Origin: Octopus sinensis | Lineage: Eukaryota | Assembly: GCF_006345805.1 (NCBI RefSeq) | Contig: NC_043002.1 | Location: forward strand, 46,934,001-46,998,000 | Reading direction: 5' to 3' | DNA length: 64,000 nt | Made by a program: the position numbers and the translations under genes | Notes under the pieces: model-generated | What the model was told of the DNA's origin: nothing | Database searches by the model: none | What the model saw: the letters and a program-made list of their open reading frames with translations, nothing else | In this document: positions 13,140 through 25,679 of the stretch, in pieces | How positions within the stretch are numbered: position 1 is the first letter of the stretch | Layout: each line of letters starts with the position of its first letter

Positions 13140-13445
13140 CTGTAGCAATGAGACTGACAGATATTGTTATACACCATTGGTCACAATGTGATTTCTCAAA
13201 CTATTGTAGTTTTCGAATGATACCACCCTAGTAGGTAGTAGGTAGGCAAACATTCTCCCAGTACAGAATGCTGGTCTGTTGCAGGGTTACCCATTTATAG
13301 TTGAAAGGACTGGAGCAATGTGAAATGAAGTGTTCTGCTCAAAGATACAACACAATACTAGTCCAGGAATTGAAACCACAATCTTGCAATTGTGAGTGCA
13401 ACATCCTAACTACTGAGCACAACACCCTCTCCACTAAGCCATGTA
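13140..13445 (-). mobile_element. SINE family C, decayed
   Basis: caatgtgaaatgaagtgttctgctcaaagatacaac...ccaggaattgaaaccacaatc...aactactgag. Confidence 0.65.
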
Positions 13446-13908
13446 CTTTCACACACATCATCATTTAACATCTCTGTTCCAAGCTGGAATAGGTTGGACA
13501 GTTTAATCAGATCCAATGTGTGCAAAGACTGCATCATGTTCCTATGTCTGTTTTGGCATGGTATCTAGAATTGGGTGCCCTTCTTAACACCAACCACTTT
13601 ACAGTATGGATTGGGTGTTCTATTTGTGCCACCAGCATTATTTAGGTCACCATGCAGCTCACAGAACTACAATCCCTGGTTGATATATATATAGATACAT
13701 ACACACACACACACACATTTATATATATGGATATATATATATAGATATATAAATGTATGTGTATTTTTCGATGTGTATAAATAATATGGAAAGAATAAAT
13801 AAATAGTTACCAGAGTAGCAAAAATTCACATAAGTGCCAAGGATGTTACACCCTACTTATAAAGGTAGAAATTACAGTGTTTAGTGAAATGTTTTTATAT
13901 AACATAGA

Positions 13909-14543
13909 TAAATTAAGAAATGGAGTTAAACGCAGGTGTTATTCAGATCTTTATGCTTCTGGCATATGTTTTGAAGAAAACATTAATATTATTCTGGAGG
14001 GAATAAAATGAATTAAAACAATGCAATCATCTAGTCAGGGAAAAAAAGAGAAGCAAAACACATCAATAAGCCATTTTAACCAAATATGATTACCACATAT
14101 ATGATGAAGGGGAACGCTGGCAAGTTATTTTTTAAAAAAACCATTAACAGATTTAACGTCAAAGTTAATTTAGAGAGAGAGAAAGAGAAAGAAAGAAATT
14201 AACAGAAAATTAATATATCTATTTCCATGCTTTTAGGCTTATTTCCATTAATTTCTGTTAATTTCTTTCTTTCTCCTTCTTCTCTTTCTCTAAATTGCCT
14301 TTGATGTTAACAGGTTTTTAAAAATAACTTGCCTGTGTTCCCCTTCATCATATATGTGGTAATCACATTCAGTTAAAATGGCTTATTGATGTATTTTGTT
14401 TCTCTTTTTTTCCCTGATGAGATGATTGCATTATTTTACATCATTTTATTCTCTCCGGAATAATATCAATGTTTTCTTCGAAACATATGTCGGAAGTATA
14501 AAGATTTGAATAAACACCTGCGTTTAACTTCATTTCTTAATTT

Positions 14544-14544
<1 letters not shown>
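13909..14544. repeat. 636-bp foldback (inverted repeat), likely inverted Penelope-like pseudo-LTRs
   Basis: Arms of about 300 bp (taaattaagaaatggagttaaacgcagg...aaattaat / attaatttctg...cctgcgtttaacttcatttcttaattta) with a spacer of about 35 bp. Confidence 0.9.
14410..14496 (+). ncRNA. Type I hammerhead ribozyme motif, catalytic core intact
   Basis: ttcc-CTGATGA-G...C-GAAA-C-atat-GTC-ggaa: stem I ttcc/ggaa, G10.1-C11.1 closing pair, palindromic stem III ACATATGT, GUC cleavage triplet at 14489-14491. Confidence 0.6.
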
Positions 14545-14604
<60 letters not shown>

Positions 14605-15315
14605 CAAAATAAGCAACAAGGATATCCAGGGGTAATGCAGTACGGTCATTTCATGCGACTCCATTTGATTGAACAATGCAAACATTACATCAATTTAAAA
14701 TGTAGAGCAATCTTCAGCTGCATAAAAATATAGAATTTAGTTAAATTCGAAGGATTCATTTGTAAAATTTTCTTTTTATCCAAAATCACCAAGAGGATAA
14801 GTAGATAGACAAAGAACATGTTTTACCAACAACATCACAGTTGTAACAGATTTTTCCAAAAAAAAAAAAGACACTGCTTATTTCTGTTATTCAGATTTAC
14901 TAGTGGGGGGAACCTAAATTTTACTGAACTTATATATATATAATGTGTTTCTGGTTTTTACCAAATTATTTTACTTCTAAAGAGTGTATTGGTGTATTGA
15001 TTAGCCAACTATAGTATTTGTACAGTTTCTGAATGAATATTTTAATGAAATTGTTGTGTATGTTCAATATTTTCCTTACTTTAGCACATAATTTACAAAC
15101 TGTTAAAATAAGGTTTTGTCATTTGACATTTCTTCTCTTCAAATACAATTTTATAACAAAAACCTGGACTGTAATGTTAAAACTGTCTCATTGATTATAT
15201 TTTAAATTGATTTTAGGTGTTTGCTCAATCAGACCTGACCTAGCATTAAACAACAACATTTGCAGCAGTGACAACAACATATCCAATGCTCCATCTACAA
15301 TTCTCATATATAGTT

Positions 15316-15734
15316 CAGGCATGGCTGTGTGGTTAAGATGCTCACTTTGCAGCCATGTTGTTTTGGGTTCAATCCCACTGTGTGGCACCTTGAACAAGTG
15401 TCTTCTACTAAAGCTTCAGGCCAACCAAAGCCTTGTGAGTGAATTTGGTAAACAGAAACTGAAAGAAGCCTGTCATATACATACACACACACACATACAT
15501 GTATGTATTTATGTGTGTGTCTCTTTGTGTCAGTGTTTGTCCCCCCACCGTCACTTGACAACTGATGGTGGTGTGTTTATGTTCATATAATTTAGCAGTT
15601 TGGCAAAAGATAGTAATAGAATAAGTACTGGGCTTACAAAGAATAAGTCCAGGGGTTGATATCTTTGAATAAAAAACCCTTTAATGTGGTGCTCCAGCAT
15701 GGCCATAGTCAAATGACTGAAATGTGTAAAAGAA
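15316..15734 (+). mobile_element. SINE family A, full length
   Basis: Colinear with 10918-11350. Confidence 0.85.
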
Positions 15735-15759
15735 TATATATATATATATCTTTTTTTTT

Positions 15760-16090
15760 TTCTTATTTGTTTCAGTCATTGGACAGTGGCCATCCTGGAA
15801 ACCATCTTGAAGGGTTTAGTTGAACAAATTGATCCCAGTACTTATTTTCTTAAGCTTGATATTTATTCTATCAATCTCTTTTGCTGAATTATTAAGTTAC
15901 AGGGACATCAACAAACCATCACTGGTTGTCAAATAGTAGTGGGTGACAAACACAAAGATATACATAGATACAAATACGCACACATATGAATGTAGAATGG
16001 GCTTATTTCAGTTTCTATCTACCAAATCCACTGATAAGGCATTTATCAGCCTGGGCTTTAGAATAAGGTGCCAAAAATTCCATGCAGTGA
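15760..16090 (-). mobile_element. SINE family A, decayed, tail-to-tail with the 15316 copy
   Basis: tttcagtcattggacagtggccatcctgga...tttcagtttctatctaccaaatccact. Confidence 0.7.
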
Positions 16091-16194
16091 CATATATATA
16101 TATATACATCTTTGTGTTTTCTTTTGTGTCTCCCACCTCATCCACCACTTGACAACTTGTGTTGGTTTGTTTATGCTCCTGTAATCCTGTAATT

Positions 16195-16388
16195 GTGCGG
16201 GTGGCACATAAAAAGCACCCACTACACTCTCGGAGTGGTTGGCATTAGGAAGGGCATCCAGCCGTAGAAACACTGCCAGATTTGACTGGGCCTGATGAAG
16301 CCTTCTGGCTTCACAGACCCCAGTAGAACCGTCCAACAGATGCTAGCATGGAAAACGGACGCTAAACGATGATGATGATGATGATGAT
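16195..16388 (+). mobile_element. Family D copy nested in a family A SINE (A flanks 16110-16194 and 16390-16535)
   Basis: The A sequence breaks at ttatgctcctgtaat and resumes at attcagtagtttggcaaaag after the (GAT)n tail. Confidence 0.75.
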
Positions 16389-17772
16389 GAATTCAGTAGT
16401 TTGGCAAAAGACAGGTAGAATAAGTAGTAAATGTGGGAAATATAAATACTGGGGTTGATTTGTCCAACTAAACCCATCAAGGTGGTGCCCTTAAGTGACT
16501 GCAGTCCAATGACTGAAACAAAATAAAAGATATAAGTGAATAAAAACCCTGTTATAATACTTAAAAGATCATGGAACCCACAGCAAAGGCTTTGTCTACA
16601 TCTTGGTCAAGCAGACCTATTATCAAAACCATTTAATCTATTTAGTGATATTTAAGACTAAATCATCTAATATGCCTTTCAATTTCATTTTTTTAAGATG
16701 ATGAATGTATGATTTGAGGGAAATTTAGCTGATATTTCTTGTAAGTAGAATGACTACATAGAAGATCCCTTATTAATACTTTATGTTGTAAGGCAAGGGT
16801 ACATCAACCTGGCAAAACCTAATAAAAAATGTAAGTTACAGATAATGGCTAGTAAATATAGGTACAAACATATATTGAATGAAGTGCCACAACCAAGAAC
16901 AAATCCAGCTACCATTATAGACTTAGCATTGCAGAAATTTAGTGTCACTCTATGCTGCCAATCACTGTAAGTGGATTTGTCTGATAGAAACTGAAAGGAG
17001 CCCATCATATTTTGTGTGTGTATGTGTGTGTTTTCCTTCATCTTGGCATCAAATGATAGTTGTAAACAAGCATCACCATCATGCAAGTGGTATCATTCAT
17101 TTCTAATTTTCTATGAAAACAGGTTCTCTCATAGGGAGATATTTTCCTTTCTTGAAAACAAGTCATGAAAAAATCTTTCCCAATGAATTTTGTCTGGCCC
17201 TTGCAAATATGAAAAAGTGATTGTTAAAGCAATGATGATGATAGATGAGAATAGGACTTTTCAGTCAAGCTGTAAACAACTTATCTGGCACCAGTGGCAA
17301 GATAAAGAAAAATCATGAATTTAATCCATACACAACTACAAAATTGTCTAGCCTTCTCCGTAGCTGTGTGTTGCAGATGATTCAGACAGCAGTAGCAATA
17401 ATGAGATGGTGTAAGAGCCATCCAAATCCATATAAGCATACAAAAAAAAAAAATAATAATAAAAAGCAGTTGTAAAATAGTGATGATGATGATGACAACG
17501 ACGATGAGGGTGGTGATGATGACATGGTTAATAAACAATAGAGTAATTAGACTAATCACTAATCTCTTCTCATTAGTTTCATCATGTATCTTTGATATTT
17601 CAATGACTTCAATTCTATTTTCCATTTTAAGCTATTTATTTATTAGTAAACATGTCTCAGAGATTGACTCCAATTGGTTGTGCAAACAATTCACTTTATT
17701 TGCAGAAAAGAAAAAAAGCTTGTAATTGGCTTTCTCTCTGATGACAGCCTATATACACCTAACTTTTAGAAC

Positions 17773-17970
17773 TGGTTGTTGTTGTTGTTGTTTAATCCCA
17801 TGTTAGCTCTGACAGAGCAAAATCTATGATCAAATGAATTCCATTTGTATCTAGGATTACATTATCTAGTGTGTCCTTTTCTTATTTAAGGTAACAGGTT
17901 TTAAGTTCAGCAAGATTTGGTTGCTATTTCTATTTCTAATAAAGTGAACCACATAGAGACTCCTTAATGA
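17773..17970 (-). mobile_element. (AAC)n-tailed repeat, family F
   Basis: (ttg)n tttaatcccatgttagctctg...ctaggattacattatctagtgtgtcc...gatttggttgctatttcta. Confidence 0.6.
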
Positions 17971-18504
17971 ACCCATTCAGAACTGGTGTTCAGTAACAAT
18001 GTCATACAATCTTTATTTCAGATTTTTGATTTTTTTTACTCTCTATTAGTTACCCTATTACTAATCATTTGAATCAAGAGCTTCTTGTCAGATAATCTCA
18101 TTGGGGTTGATTTGTCCAACTAAACCCATCAAGGTGGTGCTCCTAAGTGACTGCAGTCCAATGATTAATAGATGCACCTATTAACTCAGGTGCATCTTAG
18201 CACTTGTTATTTACTCCTTTTCTACATGTATGATCTACTTGGTGTTACTACTAACCACCCTAAACTTACACCTTCTACTCGGTACTCTGTACTCATTTTC
18301 AACCACCATTAACATCTTTACCCAGCTATGCACAATCTCCAAGAAGAGCAAATGCAAAACCATTCCGCAGTAGAGACTCAATGTTTAACAGTACTGGGTA
18401 CAATGTTCAACAGTACTTTCACATCCAGGATTGTGCTGCTGCTATGTACACAGATAGCCTGAGCTGCATCCAGAGAAAAATCACTCAACTAATAAGTATT
18501 AAAA

Positions 18505-18800
18505 TCATAAACGGAAAATGGCCTCTAACCCACTGGCATGCTGTTAAAAATATATAAAAATGTTCCTTCTCGCGCCATGCCAGGCTCATAAGGACTGGTT
18601 TCCTGGTTTCAGTGGCACAGAAATTCCCCACCTGGACGGAACGCCGGCCCATCGCATGATTACTCATTTTTGCCAGCTGTGTGAACTGGGGCAATGTGAA
18701 ATGAAGTGTTTTGCTCAAGAACACAACACATTGCCTGGTCCAGGAATCAAAACCACAACCTTACGATCATGAGTTCGACACTCTAACCACTAAGCCACTT
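18505..18800 (-). mobile_element. SINE family C
   Basis: cacctggacggaacgccggcccatcgca...gtgaaatgaagtgttttgctcaagaacac...tcatgagttcgacactctaaccactaagcca. Confidence 0.8.
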
Positions 18801-19019
18801 TCTCTGTCTTTTCTATCACTACCATAATGGCCTCTGCTCTTCAGCACTTTCTGGTCTCATACCTCCACCACTCAGGCACACCCAACCCATTCTCTCCACC
18901 TCGTCGCCTTTGTTGCATCCAAGCCCTATGGCCCTGCACTGATCACTATGCTCATTCCTTCCTCCCCTGACCATCAGTCCTGTGGAATATTCTCTCTGCT
19001 CACATCTTTCTGGTAGGAA

Positions 19020-19235
19020 TATTGGTTTCAAATTTTGGCACAAGGTCAGCAATTTCAGGGGAGGAGTTAAGTTGGTTACATTGATCCCAGTGCTCATCTT
19101 GTACTTACTTTACTGACTCTGAAAGGATGAAAGGTGAAGTTGATCCCAGCAACATTTGAACTCAGAATGTGAATCTGGAAAAAAATGCTGCCAAGCATTT
19201 TGTCTGTTACAGTAATGATTCAGCCAGTTTGCTGA
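19020..19235 (-). mobile_element. SINE family B
   Basis: gaaaggatgaaaggtgaagttgatccc...atttgaactcagaatg. Confidence 0.7.
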
Positions 19236-20109
19236 CCTAAGTAGGAACATCAACAGCATCAAGCTCACCAGTCTTGGAGAGCAGGCAAAAGTCATGAGCA
19301 CTGCATCTTACTCCTAACTCAGTAGGTAAAAAGAAAATCCCCAAAAAACAAAAACATATAGATAATAAATATTTGAAGAAGCATATCCATAAAACTTACT
19401 GTTTGTGAATAGCTCACAGCTAAAACCATAACACATTCAACCCTATACCATACTATCCGATGGAGGTGGTTACATATATTTCATGAGCAAACTAAGTAAT
19501 AAATACTGATCTTGCTTTTTCATGTGTGTGTTTTGTCTGAAAATACTGGAGATTGTGCACTCACCATACACATACACAACTAAACAAACATTCACTCTTC
19601 CTTCAACATTTTAACGCTCCAGCCACTCCCCCCATTATCAAATTGTGTCCTTTGACATTTGATACTGCAACAACAATGGTTTTCATTTCTCTGCGTTTGC
19701 TGAGTATACTGTTTTGTCATAATTTGTTCACTAAACCATGTCTCTTTTTCTCCAACACTCCACTATATCTGTAAGAGATTTTAGGCTTTACATTAATGCT
19801 TTTACTGTAGAAATCAGATACAGCTATTCAAAATTTCCTTGACCTTAACTGTGGAAAGCATTTTGTCTGTTACAGTCTGTTGAGTCATGTCATGTTTGAA
19901 ACTATTTCTGTTGAGATAACTCAGATTTATTGAAGTTATACGCCTTGTAGAAAATACAACCACACAAACTGTCGAAGTAAATTTCTAAAGCAAGTACAAT
20001 ATTCAGGTCACAACATTAATTTTATTTTTCTTATTGCTTTTTCAGTTCCTTTTCTTGGTATGGATACCTTCTATTTTCAAATATCAACAATAAAACAGTT
20101 GATGAACTT

Positions 20110-20317
20110 AACCCTTAAGCATTAAAACTGGCCATATTTGTCCCAAATATTCAACCTGTTTTCTATTCAAACTGACCAGATTCAACCTCTCACACCTACC
20201 TTACAATGCCATTTTAAAAATAAACAATAACATCATTGAAATCTTGAAGATACATGATTAATCAAAATAATGTGAATATAAATAAACATTACAGAGTAAT
20301 CTGAATGCTAAGAGTTA
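20110..20317. mobile_element. piggyBac-type MITE
   Basis: TTAA-cccttaagcatt ... aatgctaagag-TTAA; homologous to 25453-25679. Confidence 0.7.
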
Positions 20318-20754
20318 AACAACAGACTTTTTTTTTTTCCATTGAACTTGTTCATCTTTGTCAAATTAATCTTATTGTTAAATACTGAATTAATTAAAAA
20401 ATGAAGATAGGAAAGTTCATGGAAAACTAATTCAATATCATGTATTATATCATTAATGATTTGATGTGCTGATGAAGAAAATGTTGAAATTATCTCTAAT
20501 AAACAGAATACATTGTTCAATAAAACAAAACAATAGCTGTGTTGATACCAGTAAACTATTCTATGATTTTGTGGCAATGAAAATCACAAAGAAGTCATTT
20601 TATAAGAGAATTGAAAACCAAGTACATCATTAATATAAATTTTTTTAAGACTGAAAATAAATTACTGTTTTGATTAGTTATTAGATACTTGTGATAGCAT
20701 CCACATGATAAACAATTGATCAGTAAGTATCTGCATTGCTTAAGTTAATGATTA

Positions 20755-21085
20755 TCATCATCATCCAGTACTTCAAATCTGGGCCTGGCGCCCACTATTT
20801 GGGTGAGGGACAGATCCACCTCAATGCCACAGCAACTGAGGTAGGCAGATGCAGCCCACCCCAACCTTTGGGCTGGCTGGTGCCCATTCTCCTTTGCTAT
20901 CATGAGGCTTTTTTGGAGCTGGATTTTCTACGGGGAGCATACCCTTGCTTACCCCCAACCTCTGTTTCTAGACATGAGTGGTCCCGAGACCAAGGCCTCT
21001 ACCATTATTTTTAAGAAATGTGGTCGAAAACTAGCTCAGTAAGGCAGGGATGCTACTCCCTGAGACCCCTTTCAGAGCCCTCCTA
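20755..21085 (-). mobile_element. GC-richer retroelement fragment with a (GAT)n end, RTE-like
   Basis: Minus strand carries gggtaagcaagggtatgctccccgtagaaaat and ends in ggatgatgatgat. Confidence 0.4.
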
Positions 21086-21639
21086 TTAATTTTTTTCATT
21101 TTTCTAGCAAGCGCAAAAGACAACTCCAGAACACATTTCTGCCTGTCAGCAAGGTATAGATTCAGTGTAACTTACTACACTATGAGTAATAGCAAATAAA
21201 TCACTAAATAAATATATACAAGAATGTATATATTTGTTGGTATAGGAAAATTGAATGAAGTACTCAGATATTCAAAATTAGAATTGTGTTACTGTTAGTA
21301 TTGTATGTTGTTATCCACAATGTTGTATATTGTTATAGCTCTTTATAGAAAAAGAAATTTTATAACTTAAAAATTTTCAATGTTACATGTTTCCCTTTGC
21401 AGCCCTAAGTAACACAATTAGACTTTTTGCTCCTTTTAATAGTTTAGGCTGATCAAGAGAAGCAATCTACTTTGGTAATATTTACTAGATACCTTCAGTT
21501 CACCGATAAGCTTAGCACTACAATGAAACTTGTGTTTGAAAGGAATAATCTAGCTGGCTGAGAACGTTTCCTATGTAGTCAATATCACAGCTTGTTTATT
21601 TATATAATTGTTCTGAATATAATTCTTTATATATTGATT

Positions 21640-21852
21640 TCAAATTCTGACACAATGTTTGCAATTACAGGGAAGGGGTTAAGTTCATTACAATAACCCC
21701 AATACTTAACCAGTATGTATTTTACTGACACTGAAAGGATGAAAGGCAAAGTCAATTTTGGCAGAATTTGAACTCATAAATGTGAAGATGGACAAAATGC
21801 CATTAAGCATTTCATCTGGCATGCTAATGGTTCTGCTAGCTTGCCACCTTAT
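21640..21852 (-). mobile_element. SINE family B
   Basis: aaaggatgaaaggcaaagtcaattttggcagaatttgaactc...ctagcttgccacct. Confidence 0.75.
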
Positions 21853-21959
21853 AATTCTTTATATATAATATATGTGTGTGTGTGTGTCCTTCAATATGGC
21901 AGGTTATCTTCTTTCTATAACTGCTTCACTTTGGTGGCCTCTGCTACAAACTGCAAGGG

Positions 21960-22167
21960 GGTACTGTAAAGTTCATGGCTTTGAGGGTATTGCGAAATGC
22001 TTGGTTGAAGGTCCAACCATCCGAGTTGTTTTAAGGGGCTTAGTAAAAACTGAAGAACCACTGTAATAAGTGTGTGAATCTGAGAGGGGAATATGTTGAA
22101 TAAAATCATAATTAACTGATCTTCCTGTATTTTCTTTTACTCAAAGCCAAAACTTTTCAGTACCCAC
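21960..22167. mobile_element. mariner-derived MITE (same family as 48046-48242)
   Basis: Inverted ends gtactgtaaagttcatggc / gccaaaacttttcagtacc; shared internal gtgtgtgaatctgagagg...aataaaatcataatt. Confidence 0.6.
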
Positions 22168-22781
22168 TTTAGTTTCAATTATACGAATAATTTAATACTA
22201 AGTTAACGAGAGACTTTCCAACATCTTAGCAACAATATCTCAAAGACTATTCACCATCTCCAAATTGATCTCCACAGCCATATTCCTACCTAAGTCATTT
22301 TTAATTAACCTCTCATACTGACATGTTCACATACTTATTTCATGACCATCTGCCACAGAAGGCAAGTGTGCTCTTAACACTTTGAACAGGATTCTCCCGA
22401 GTGACATTCTTGTGTGTTCTGACATATTATCATGCAAACTCTAAACACTTCACACCTTTTATTATCTCATGTCAAAACATTGTCAAGCTTTCTAGTCCAA
22501 ACTATGTAAATTTGACGTTTAATGTTCTCTTTACTTTCAACATTCATTTTCTTACTATCATTATTCTAAATTTACTTTTAGAATTCACTTTCTTTTGTAT
22601 GTTCCTATCTACAAAACTATTTCACCATAAAATTCCTGATAGGACTCTGTAAATTACTTCTCAAAGCTGGCCAAAGTTTTGAAGTATATTAGCACAAAGT
22701 TTTATGCAGTTGTTCTCAACAATGTAGGTGTCCTTATTCTATAACCATGTATAGAAATATTAGTTTAAGTAATATTCTTTT

Positions 22782-22992
22782 CTACTCTAGACACAAGGCC
22801 CAAAATTTTTGGGGAGAGGGAGCAGTCGATTAGATTGACCCCAATATGAAACTGGTACTTAATTTATCAACCCCGAAAAGATGAAAAGTGAAGTCGACTT
22901 CGGCGGAATTTGAACTCAGAACATAAAGACAGACGAAATACCGCTAAGCATTTCACCCGGCATGCTAACATTTCTTCCAGCTTGCTGCCTTA
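22782..22992 (-). mobile_element. SINE family B
   Basis: aagtcgacttcggcggaatttgaactcagaac...ccgctaagcatttc. Confidence 0.8.
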
Positions 22993-23261
22993 GCTTAAGT
23001 AATATTCATGATAGGCACAAGCATCATTGTTTTGGCTAAGAAGTTTACTTCACAATCACATGGTCGAGTTCCACTGCACAGTGCCTTGGGCATATGTCTT
23101 CAAACAATAACCCTGGGATAGAAACTGAAAGACCATCTTGCATGTGTGTATGTGTTTGTGAGTGTGAGTGTGTATATACATATGCATGCATGTGAGTTAC
23201 TATGTGTTTGTTAACATTTGTGTGCCTCTCTGAAAGCATGTGCCTGAAAAGTGTAGAAATA

Positions 23262-24146
23262 TGAAGTGGTATCATAAAGTTCCTGGACTAGTTCTGTAAC
23301 ATGCCAACAGAAGGCAACACATTGTTGTGTACACAGTGAGCGCTAGCAGTGACCTTCATGAGGTAGTTTGCTGAGCGACATTACTGTGTTTACTTCACAA
23401 GTTGTGAAATTTGAGTTTTTGTGATCAGATGTATACTGCAGTGTACAATTTTTGTCATGGACAGGAAGTTGGAACAAAGAGCCTAAGTAAAATTGAGAAG
23501 TTTGCAACAGAGACACTGAGCATGCTTTGGCAAGCTTATGGTGATGAGGCAAAGGGTCATTCACAATGTTTTGAGTGGGTTGGGTGCTTCAAAAGTGGAG
23601 GAATGTCCCTGAAAAACAATGAGCAATCTAGAAGACCTGCCACAAACGTCACTCCAAGAAATGTGGTGTTGTGCATGGAAAATTTGACTCCTGGCCAGAC
23701 TGTCAATTGAGAGTTCTACTGCAATGTTTTGAAGTGTTTGAGGGAGGACATTTGGCGAAAGTGACTGGATCTGTGGAGTGTGAAGAAATGGATTCTTCAC
23801 AACAACAATGCATCCTGTCACCAAGCTCCCTCACTCGAAAATTTCTCACCAAAAACAATATGGTATTGCTTCCACACTCACCCTATTCGTCAGATTTAGC
23901 ACCTGTGGATTTCTATTTCTTCTCCAAAATGAAAATGCAGCTCAAAGGTTTTAACAGTGTTGTTGAGATCCAGGGTGAAATGCAGAAGGTCCTCAACACA
24001 CTTATGGTAAATGACTTCCAGGCTGGATTCCAAAAGTGGCAGGGACACTGGGACCGATGTATTGCTGTGCAAGGTGACTGTTTCGAAGGCAAATAAGTTA
24101 CTTTTATTAAACATAACTAGTCCAGGAACCTTTTGATACCACCTCA
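23262..24146 (+). mobile_element. mariner transposon, internally deleted and decayed
   Basis: TIRs tgaagtggtatcataaagttcctggactagtt / aactagtccaggaaccttttgataccacctca with TA TSD. Transposase remnants ATETLSMLWQAYG...CFEWVGCFKSG and PHSPYSSDLAPVDFYFF...FQKWQGHWDRCIAVQGDCFE. Confidence 0.9.
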
Positions 24147-24339
24147 TATAAAACAAAGAAGCAACAAAAAAAGAATATAATGAAGTTCAAAATCCCAAAG
24201 GAAGGAACAATAGAATCTGACACTTTCATTCTGGGTGTGACCCATTATCAAAGAGAAAAAAAAAAAGATAGGAAAAGGAGGGTGCATACTTGTCCTTTTG
24301 TAGTTCTATTTTAATTTTTCTTTTTTTGTGGTCAATTTT

Positions 24340-24630
24340 CTATGTATATCTGATGAGGGCATTTGCTAGATGTTGCAAAGTAGGTATATCATTTGAGATT
24401 GTCATTATGATATGAGACCATTGTTGTCGTGTAGCCATTATTATTGTCGTTAATTACTCAATTTAGGAGTGGATTTTTTTTCTGCTTGTTTAGTAGCTTA
24501 TGCTGGATACTAATGTTTGCCAGTTTTCTGTTTCTTTAACATTTATCTATTTCTATTGCCTTGTTTAGTTGTTTGATTTTTAGGTCCGTTCTGAGTTGTA
24601 GGACTCATAAGACTGGAACTTAACTTAATT
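24340..24630. mobile_element. Possible Penelope-like relic
   Basis: Decayed ctgatgagggcat...atgttgcaaag hammerhead-like box on the plus strand; LNKAIEIDKC-like remnant on the minus strand. Confidence 0.3.
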
Positions 24631-24639
24631 TCTATGGCT

Positions 24640-24856
24640 GTAAGTGACTGAGATTAGAACACTCCCACACTGAATGGGACACCAGTCTGTCACAGGGTCA
24701 ACTTCTTAGCTAATGCTGGAGCTCATGTACAGCTGAGTGGACTGAAGTGATATGAAATAAAGTATTTTGTTCAAGAACACAACACACCACCTGGTTCCAT
24801 AATCAAAATCATGATCTTACAATCAGGAGAGCAACACCCTAACCATCAGGCCCTAC
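24640..24856 (-). mobile_element. SINE family C
   Basis: gagtggactgaagtgatatgaaataaagtattttgttcaagaacac...aaccatcaggcc. Confidence 0.65.
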
Positions 24857-25452
24857 ATTGACACCTGGTTTTTTGATGCGGAGAATTATTTTGGTTGTAT
24901 GTAGTTTTAGTGTACTAACTTTGAGGTTCTTTTTTTCGTTTTTTGTTAAAAGGTTAGCTCTTCCTGGTGCGACTAACAAAGCATTGTGTAACAAAATTTT
25001 TATTTTGTTTTTTTGTCTTTGGTTAGTAAGTGTTATTTCCTATTTGTTTCTATCTAGAAATGAAAGGAAATGACTACTATTCCCTGAACATCAATGTTTT
25101 GAAACTGACCTATTTTCCATTACATTTCAGACAGATTCAGTGTTGAACTGTTGAAGCAGAAATATCATTATAGTAAGTATTCTGTTCAATACCACAAATT
25201 TGCTTGACCTTAACCCCTTGAGCATGTCCCTTTGTAGCTGACAATATGTGCATCTCTGATCATGAGCAGGAATAGTGGGGAGCATCATAACCATGTGTTG
25301 AGAAGGATTCTTTGGGGTTTGAATAAATCTAACAAAAACAAAATCTGAAGGAAATATTAGCAATGTTTCATACTTACTAGGAGTAAGCAAATAGGAAACA
25401 ACAGTTGCTGTACTCAAGGACAAGGATGGAGGTTATACAGTGTAATATTTCA

Positions 25453-25679
25453 TTAACCCTTTAGTATTTAAACCAGCCATATCTGGCCAAAATATTTAAT
25501 CTGTTTTATGTTCAAACTGACCAGATCCAGGCTCTCACACCTACCCTACAATTTTATTCTACATTAAGTAATTACACCATCAACATCTTGAAGATATGAG
25601 ATAATGCATGATTAATTCAAATCAATGTGAATCAATAAGTATTATGTTTGATAGAATAATCTGAACACTAAATGGTTAA
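25453..25679. mobile_element. piggyBac-type MITE
   Basis: TTAA-ccctttagtattt ... aacactaaatgg-TTAA. Confidence 0.7.
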
